Positions 58,139 to 64,000 of a DNA stretch of 64,000 nucleotides are shown piece after piece. The stretch covers positions 8,155 through 72,154 of the forward strand of contig CAYMQZ010000001.1 in the NCBI GenBank assembly GCA_964392705.1. Direction: 5' to 3'. Source of the DNA: an uncultured Gemmatimonadota bacterium (lineage in GTDB: Bacteria; Gemmatimonadota; Gemmatimonadetes; Palauibacterales; Palauibacteraceae). Within the stretch, counting starts at the first letter, position 1, and each line of letters opens with the position of its first letter. The translations under genes were made by a program, and so were the position numbers. The notes under the pieces are model-generated. The model was not told where the DNA came from. It did not search any database and saw only the letters and a program-made list of their open reading frames with translations.

Positions 58139-59511
58139 AGGTACGGCCGGAGATCTTTCGGGAATACGACGTGCGCGGGATCGTGGGCGACGCGCTGACG
58201 CCCGAGGTGGCGCGCGCCGTGGCCCGCGCGTACGGGAGCGGACTGGCCGACCGCGAGCGGCCGCTGGTGGCCGTGGGCCACGACAACCGTCCCAGCTCGC
58301 CGGACCTGGGGGCCGCCGTCTGCCGGGGGCTGAACGAGGCCGGAGTGCGGGCGGCGCTCGTGGGCACGGTGCCCACGCCCGTCCTCTATTTCGCCGCCCG
58401 GGACCTCTCGGCCGACGGGGGGATCCAGGTGACCGGGTCCCACAACCCGCCGGAGTACAACGGGATCAAGATGGTCCGGGACGGGCGCGCCATCTACGGC
58501 GAGGAGATCCAGGGACTCCGCGCCCGGATCGAGGCGGACGCCTACGCCTCGGGGAGCGCCGGCACGGAGCGGGTGGAGATCCTGGACCGATACGTGGAGA
58601 GCTTCGCCGAGCGGGCTCGCGTCGCCGCTCCCGTGCGCCTGGTCCTGGACTGCGGCAACGGGGCCGGCAGCGTCGTCGCGGTCCGGGCGCTCGAGGCGGC
58701 CGGCCTCGAGGTGGACCCCCTCTACTGCGAGTCCGACGGGACCTTCCCGAACCATCACCCGGATCCGACGGTGGACGAGAACGTGCAGGACCTGATCGTC
58801 CGGGTGCGGGAGACGGGCGCGCGGCTCGGCGTCGGGCTGGACGGCGACGCGGACCGCATCGGCGCCGTGACCGGCGAGGGCGAAATCGTCCGGGGCGACC
58901 ACCTGCTCCTGCTGTTCGCGATCGACCTGCTTCGGGAGCGACCGGGAGCGAAGGTCGTCTTCGACGTGAAGTGCTCCCAGGCGCTTCCCGAGGTGATCGA
59001 GGCCCGGGGCGGAGAGCCGATCCTCTGGAAGACCGGCCACTCGCTGATCAAGGAGAAGATGGCGGAGGTCGGCGCTCCACTGGCGGGTGAGATGAGTGGA
59101 CACATCTGCTTTGCGGACAGATACTTCGGGTTCGACGACGCTATCTACGCGGCGGCCCGGCTCGCCGACCTGGTGGCCAAGAGCGGCCGAAGCCTGGGCG
59201 ACCTCGCGAGAGAGATCCCGAGCTACCCGTCCACCCCGGAGCTGCGGGTGGACTGCCCCGAGGATCGGAAGTTCGACGTGGTCCGGCAGGCGGTCGAGCA
59301 TTACCGGCGCTCCCACGACGTGATCGACATCGACGGGGCGCGGGTGCGCTTCGAGGGAGGATGGGCGCTGATCCGGGCCAGCAACACGCAGCCGGTCATC
59401 GTGGTACGGGTCGAGGCGGAGGACCGGGAGCGCCTGGCTGAGATCCATGGCGAGGTGGGAGCCTGGCTGGCCGACCGGGGGGTCGCGCTGCCGCCGCTGG
59501 AGGGAGCCTGA
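58135..59511 (+). CDS. Phosphomannomutase/phosphoglucomutase (alpha-D-phosphohexomutase)
   Basis: Active-site TGSHNPPEYNG, metal loop GLDGDADR and GEMSGH. ATG overlaps the nuoN stop (ATGA), with CAGGAGG upstream. Confidence 0.88.
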   Translation: MKVRPEIFREYDVRGIVGDALTPEVARAVARAYGSGLADRERPLVAVGHDNRPSSPDLGAAVCRGLNEAGVRAALVGTVPTPVLYFAARDLSADGGIQVTGSHNPPEYNGIKMVRDGRAIYGEEIQGLRARIEADAYASGSAGTERVEILDRYVESFAERARVAAPVRLVLDCGNGAGSVVAVRALEAAGLEVDPLYCESDGTFPNHHPDPTVDENVQDLIVRVRETGARLGVGLDGDADRIGAVTGEGEIVRGDHLLLLFAIDLLRERPGAKVVFDVKCSQALPEVIEARGGEPILWKTGHSLIKEKMAEVGAPLAGEMSGHICFADRYFGFDDAIYAAARLADLVAKSGRSLGDLAREIPSYPSTPELRVDCPEDRKFDVVRQAVEHYRRSHDVIDIDGARVRFEGGWALIRASNTQPVIVVRVEAEDRERLAEIHGEVGAWLADRGVALPPLEGA

Positions 59512-59558
59512 GCCCCTCGGGGGAGGGGCGCGAGGCGGGGGAGGCGGGGACCGCGGTC

Positions 59559-60482
59559 GTGGCAATCGGCGGGAACGCGCTCTCCCCCGCCGGCGAGCCC
59601 GCGACGATCGCCAACCAGTTCCGGCACACGCGGGAGAGCCTGGTTTCGGTGGTCGACCTCGCCCGCCGGGGCTGGAAGCTGGCGGTGGTCCACGGCAACG
59701 GCCCGCAGGTGGGAGACGAGCTGCTGCGCAACGAGCGGGCGCGAGGAGCGCTGCCGGAGATGCCGCTCGGCGTGCTCGTCGCCGCCACCGCGGGATGGAT
59801 CGGCTACATGATCCAGCAGTCGCTGCAGAACGCCCTGGGGCGGGCCGGGGTTCGCCGGGGCGTGGTCAGCGTGATCACGCAGGTGCGGGTCGATCCGGAC
59901 GATCCGCGGACGCGCGAGCCCCGGAAGTTCATCGGCCGGCCGCTGGACCCCGACGTGGCGGAGCTGCTGCGGGGGGACGGGATCCCCGTGGAGGCGGACG
60001 ACGAGGGGCGGCTCAGGCGTCGGGTGCCGAGCCCGGAGCCGCTGGAAGTCGTCGAGGGCCCGGTGGTGGCGGGCCTGGTGGCGGACGGCCAGGTCGTGGT
60101 AGCGGCCGGCGGCGGCGGGATCCCCGCGTATCGGCACCCGGTGCTCGGCCTGGAGGGCGTGGACGCCGTCGTGGACAAGGATCTCGCCGCCGCGCTGCTG
60201 GCGCGGGAGATCGGCGCCGGCCTCCTGCTCATCCTCACGGACGTGGAGGCGGTCTACCGCGACTACGGGACGCCACAGGCGCGGCCGATCGCCCGCCTGA
60301 CGGCGGAGGAGGCCCGCCGGCTGGCACGGGACGGACAGCTCGGCGTGGGCTCGATGGAGCCCAAGGTGCGGGCGGCCGTGGAGTTCGTGGAGCGCGCCGG
60401 CGGCCGTGCGGTGATCGCGGCGCTCGAGGACGCCGGGCGGGCGGCGACGGGCGAGGTGGGGACCACGATCGTCCGGGCGTGA
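59559..60482 (+). CDS. arcC: Carbamate kinase
   Basis: AIGGNAL...VVHGNGPQVG...GGGGIP, amino-acid kinase family. GTG start. Confidence 0.85.
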   Translation: MAIGGNALSPAGEPATIANQFRHTRESLVSVVDLARRGWKLAVVHGNGPQVGDELLRNERARGALPEMPLGVLVAATAGWIGYMIQQSLQNALGRAGVRRGVVSVITQVRVDPDDPRTREPRKFIGRPLDPDVAELLRGDGIPVEADDEGRLRRRVPSPEPLEVVEGPVVAGLVADGQVVVAAGGGGIPAYRHPVLGLEGVDAVVDKDLAAALLAREIGAGLLLILTDVEAVYRDYGTPQARPIARLTAEEARRLARDGQLGVGSMEPKVRAAVEFVERAGGRAVIAALEDAGRAATGEVGTTIVRA

Positions 60483-60585
60483 GGGACGAGGAGCCTGTCC
60501 GAGTCATGGGGTGCGGCCGCGCGCAGGGGTCTTGCGGAGACCAGACGCTAGGGTCGTTGGCCGGAGCGAAAGGAATGACGTCGCG

Positions 60586-61722
60586 ATGAACGTGCACGAG
60601 TACCAGGCGCGGGACATCTTCCGGGCGCACGGCATCCCGGTCCCGCCGGGGGAGGTGGCGACGACGCCCGAGGAGGCGGAACGGATCGCCGCGGCCCAGG
60701 GAGGCGGGGTGGTGGTGAAGGCCCAGGTCCACGCCGGCGGTCGTGGCAAGGCCGGCGGCGTCAAGCTGGCCGACGAGCCGCGCGAAGCCCGCGCCGCCGC
60801 GAAGACGATCCTGGGCATGCGGATCAAGGGCCTCACCGTCCGTCGCGTGCTCGTGGCGCCCGCCGTGGAGATCGAGCGCGAGGCGTACGTGGGGATCGTC
60901 ATGGACCGGAGCTCGGGGGCGGACATCGTGATGGTCTCCCCCGAGGGGGGCATGGACATCGAGGAGGTCGCGGCCACGAAGCCGGAGGCGATCCACCGCC
61001 GGACAGTCGACCCTCGCTACGGGCTCCTCACCCATCAGGCGATGGGGCTGGCTTACCGGCTGTACGACGACCGGGAGCTGGCCGGGCAGGCGTCCGAGCT
61101 CATCCAGGACCTCTACGCCGCGTACCGGGACTCGGGCGCCACCCTGGCGGAGATCAACCCGCTGGTCGTCACGCCCGAGGGCGCGCTGCTGGCGATCGAC
61201 GCGAAGCTGAACATCGACGACAACGCCCTGTTCCGGCTGCCGGAGATCGCCGAGCTGCGCGATGAAGAGGCGGAGGCCGCCTCCGAGCGGAAGGCCCGGG
61301 AGGCCGGGCTGAGCTATGTGAAGCTCGAGGGCGACGTGGGCTGCTGCGTGAACGGCGCGGGTCTCGCGATGGCCACGATGGACCTCATCAAGTACTACGG
61401 CGGCGACCCCGCCAACTTCCTCGACATCGGCGGCTCCTCCAGCCCGGACAAGGTGGTGGCCGCGCTCGAGATCATCACGGCCGACCCGAACGTCCGCTCC
61501 ATCCTGTTCAACATCTTCGGGGGAATCACGCGCTGCGACGACGTGGCGAACGGGATCGTGGAGGCGACGAAGCGGATCGAGCTGGACGTTCCGGTCACGA
61601 TCCGGCTGACGGGAACGAACGAGGAGGAGGCGGTCGAGATTCTCGAAGCGCACGGGTACGAGGCGATGGTGGACATGGACGAGGCCGTTCGGACGGCGGT
61701 CGAGCGCGCGGGGCGGGCATGA
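60586..61722 (+). CDS. sucC: Succinyl-CoA synthetase beta subunit
   Basis: [12 protein letters not shown]...[21 protein letters not shown]-grasp domain and [13 protein letters not shown] ligase-CoA domain. Confidence 0.95.
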   Translation: MNVHEYQARDIFRAHGIPVPPGEVATTPEEAERIAAAQGGGVVVKAQVHAGGRGKAGGVKLADEPREARAAAKTILGMRIKGLTVRRVLVAPAVEIEREAYVGIVMDRSSGADIVMVSPEGGMDIEEVAATKPEAIHRRTVDPRYGLLTHQAMGLAYRLYDDRELAGQASELIQDLYAAYRDSGATLAEINPLVVTPEGALLAIDAKLNIDDNALFRLPEIAELRDEEAEAASERKAREAGLSYVKLEGDVGCCVNGAGLAMATMDLIKYYGGDPANFLDIGGSSSPDKVVAALEIITADPNVRSILFNIFGGITRCDDVANGIVEATKRIELDVPVTIRLTGTNEEEAVEILEAHGYEAMVDMDEAVRTAVERAGRA

Positions 61723-62603
61723 GCATCTTCATCGGGGAGGACACGCGGCTGGTCGTCCAGGGGATCACGGGACGGGACGGCTCCTTCCACACGCGCCAGA
61801 TGATGGAGTACGGGACGAAGGTCGTCGCCGGCGTGACCCCGGGGAAGGGCGGTCGGACCTTCGACGGCGAGGTGCCGATCTTCCACACGGTCGAGGACGC
61901 CGTGGAGGCGCGGGGAGCGAACACGAGCGTCATCTACGTGCCGGCCCGCTTCGCCGCGGACGCGATCTTCGAGGCCGCCGATGCGGGGGTCGGGCTGATC
62001 GTCTGCATCACGGAAGGGATTCCCGTGGCCGACATGATGCGAGTCCTGCCCTACGTTCGGGAGAAAGGCGCTCGGCTGATCGGCCCGAACTGTCCGGGAG
62101 CGATCGCGCCGGGCGCCTGCAAGGTCGGGATCCTGCCGGGCCAGATCGTCCGGAAGGGGCCCGTGGGGATCGTGAGCCGGTCGGGCACGCTCACCTACGA
62201 GGTCGTCTTCCAGCTCACCCGGCGCGAGATCGGCCAGTCGACCTGCGTCGGGATCGGCGGCGATCCCCTGATCGGCACGGATTTCGTCGACTGTCTGCGG
62301 GCGTTCGAGGCGGACGGGGAAACGCGGGCGGTCGTGCTGATCGGCGAGATCGGCGGCACCGACGAGCAGGTGGCGGCGCGCTTCGCCCGCGAAGAGATGA
62401 GCAAGCCGGTGGTCGGCTTCGTGGCCGGCCAGACGGCGCCTCCCGGCCGCAGGATGGGGCACGCCGGAGCGATCATCAGCGGCTCGGAGGGGACCGCCGA
62501 GGAGAAGATGCGGTCGTTCCGCGACCACGGGGTCGCGGTGGCCGAGCGGCCGGCCGACATCGTCGGCCTCATCCAGGAGCGGCTCGAGGGCCTGTCCGAG
62601 TAA
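61719..62603 (+). CDS. sucD: Succinyl-CoA synthetase alpha subunit
   Basis: [21 protein letters not shown] and the catalytic-His region GHAGAII. ATG overlaps the sucC stop (ATGA). Confidence 0.95.
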   Translation: MSIFIGEDTRLVVQGITGRDGSFHTRQMMEYGTKVVAGVTPGKGGRTFDGEVPIFHTVEDAVEARGANTSVIYVPARFAADAIFEAADAGVGLIVCITEGIPVADMMRVLPYVREKGARLIGPNCPGAIAPGACKVGILPGQIVRKGPVGIVSRSGTLTYEVVFQLTRREIGQSTCVGIGGDPLIGTDFVDCLRAFEADGETRAVVLIGEIGGTDEQVAARFAREEMSKPVVGFVAGQTAPPGRRMGHAGAIISGSEGTAEEKMRSFRDHGVAVAERPADIVGLIQERLEGLSE

Positions 62604-62695
62604 CGGGGCGAGCCGCGTTACGAGCGCTCGCGCGTACAGTCACGAACCGAGAGCGTCGACGCGCGCGCCGGACCGGGCGCGCCGGGGAGGACCTC

Positions 62696-63613
62696 ATGGC
62701 CTCGACGAAGGGAAGGGGGCCGCGGGCCGAGAGGCCGCGGTCGCTGTACGACCTGCTGGAGGAGCGGATCGTGATCCCGCTGCCGGCCGATTCCCTGGCG
62801 GCCGCGCTGGAAGCCCTGGCGGCCGGCCTGTCCTCCGGCGCGGAAGGGGGACTGCGCGACGATATGGGCCGGCTCGACCGATCCGCCCTCGTGGCGCTGG
62901 GCGAGCGGGCGGTCCTGGCCCATCTGCGCACGGAGCACATCGACGGGAGGATCGGCGTCGCGATCGGCGTCGCGGAGCGTCCCATGGAATTCGCGCCGGA
63001 CACCGCGCCGGGCGCGCGGACGCTCGTGCTCGTCGCGTCGCGGCCGGCCAACACCCGTGTCTACCTCCAGACGCTGGGTGCCCTGGGCCGGGCACTGCGG
63101 AGCCCGGACGTCGCGAGCCGGATCCTGAACGCTCGCGATGCGCTCGAGGTCCTGCGGATCCCGGCCCTCAGGGAGCCGATCCTCGGGTCCGATTTGCGGG
63201 TCCGGGACGTGATGACGGTGGACGTGGTCTCCGTGCTGACCGAGACTTCGCTGGCCGAGGTCGCCGACCTGATGATCCGGCGCCACCTCCGGGCGCTGCC
63301 GGTGGTGAACGAGGAGGGCGAGGTGATGGGAATGATCACCGACCGTCAGGTGATGGAGCACTTCCTTCCACGAATCGCCGGCGCGGAGGAGTCGGATGCG
63401 ACCCGGGGACCGGGCCCGCCCGTCCGCGACGTCATGCTCCGGAGCGTCCTGTGCGTGAAGGAGGACGAGAACCTGCGGGACGTGGCCGCGCTCATGATCA
63501 ACAAGGACGTGGAGCGCTTTCCCGTGTGCGTGGAAGGGTCCCTGGTGGGCTTCCTCACGCGAGGGGACATCATCCGCAAGCTGCTGGGCACGCGGGGCGA
63601 GGCGCGGTCCTGA
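62696..63613 (+). CDS. CBS-domain pair protein with N-terminal PTS EIIA(Ntr/fructose)-like regulatory domain
   Basis: The C-terminus has two CBS repeats (VRDVMTVDVVSV...LPVVNEEGEVMGMITDRQV; VRDVMLRSVLCV...FPVCVEGSLVGFLTRGDI). The N-terminal roughly 150 aa resemble an EIIA type-2 fold; that assignment is tentative. Confidence 0.6.
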   Translation: MASTKGRGPRAERPRSLYDLLEERIVIPLPADSLAAALEALAAGLSSGAEGGLRDDMGRLDRSALVALGERAVLAHLRTEHIDGRIGVAIGVAERPMEFAPDTAPGARTLVLVASRPANTRVYLQTLGALGRALRSPDVASRILNARDALEVLRIPALREPILGSDLRVRDVMTVDVVSVLTETSLAEVADLMIRRHLRALPVVNEEGEVMGMITDRQVMEHFLPRIAGAEESDATRGPGPPVRDVMLRSVLCVKEDENLRDVAALMINKDVERFPVCVEGSLVGFLTRGDIIRKLLGTRGEARS

Positions 63614-63640
63614 GCACCAAGCCATCGGGAGGCCATCGGC

Positions 63641-64000
63641 ATGAGCGATGAGCGCACGCTCGCGATCATCAAGCCGGACGCGTTCGAGGGCGGGCGGGCG
63701 GGACAGATCCTCGCCCATCTGGAGGCCGAGGGATTCCACGTCCTCACGGCGCGGGTCACGCGACTGTCGCCCGCCCAGGCGGGGGAGTTCTACGCCGTCC
63801 ACCGCGAGAAACCTTTCTTCACCTCGCTGGTAGAGTTCATGACCTCGGGACCGTGCATGCCCCTCGCTCTGGCGCGGGAGGACGCGGTCGCCCACCTCCG
63901 GCGCGTGATCGGCGCCACCGACCCCGCGGAGGCCGAAGAAGGGACGATCCGGGCGCTGTACGCGGAGAGCACGGAGCGCAACGCGATCCACGCCTCGGAC
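63641..64000 (+). CDS. ndk: Nucleoside-diphosphate kinase (3' end beyond window)
   Basis: ERTLAIIKPDAF and NAIHASD. ATG with GGGAGG upstream. No stop before the window edge. Confidence 0.9.
   Translation, partial: MSDERTLAIIKPDAFEGGRAGQILAHLEAEGFHVLTARVTRLSPAQAGEFYAVHREKPFFTSLVEFMTSGPCMPLALAREDAVAHLRRVIGATDPAEAEEGTIRALYAESTERNAIHASD

Noticed and set aside
62620-62640. 10-bp perfect palindrome CGAGCGCTCG upstream of the CBS protein gene
   Set aside because: Short, GC-only palindromes of this length are expected by chance at 70% GC. No flanking promoter-like context.

Overview
This 64-kb window is about 70% GC and very gene-dense, and it reads as core chromosome of a high-GC diderm bacterium. 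I saw no tRNA or rRNA genes, no CRISPR array and no insertion sequence.

**Plus strand, left to right:**
- a 5'-truncated sensor histidine kinase
- a DmpA/S58 aminopeptidase
- trkA-trkH and ETF-ubiquinone oxidoreductase
- a PlsC-type acyltransferase, pepA and a plug-domain outer-membrane protein
- yicC-gmk-rpoZ-coaBC
- family-4 uracil-DNA glycosylase and dnaB
- a tightly coupled radA-tsaC-LMW-PTP-aroE-comF operon
- gap-pgk-tpiA-secG
- carA, sppA and an HU-family protein
- moaD-moaE-moaA
- malate dehydrogenase
- a complete 13-gene nuo operon (nuoA to nuoN with nuoC and nuoD fused)
- phosphomannomutase, carbamate kinase, sucCD, a CBS-pair protein and a 3'-partial ndk

**Minus strand:**
- an outer-membrane beta-barrel protein
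- an S46 dipeptidyl-peptidase coupled to a flavoprotein
- rnhA
- an aminotransferase
- a receiver-HD-GYP phosphodiesterase
- a dCTP deaminase interrupted by a 410-aa intein with LAGLIDADG motifs
- an alpha/beta hydrolase

**Most notable observations:**
- The intein in dcd sits inside the conserved KSS motif.
- A CRP-like TGTGA-N6-TCACA palindrome lies 28 bp upstream of nuoA.
- A 10-bp tandem direct repeat lies just upstream of gap.
- Three conserved genes (mdh, coaBC and the plug outer-membrane protein) lack any canonical start codon; mdh is in frame with a small upstream ORF across a single TGA.
- Adjacent genes very often overlap by 4 nt (GTGA, ATGA or TTGA).

The very long antisense ORFs in the six-frame track are GC-rich artefacts.
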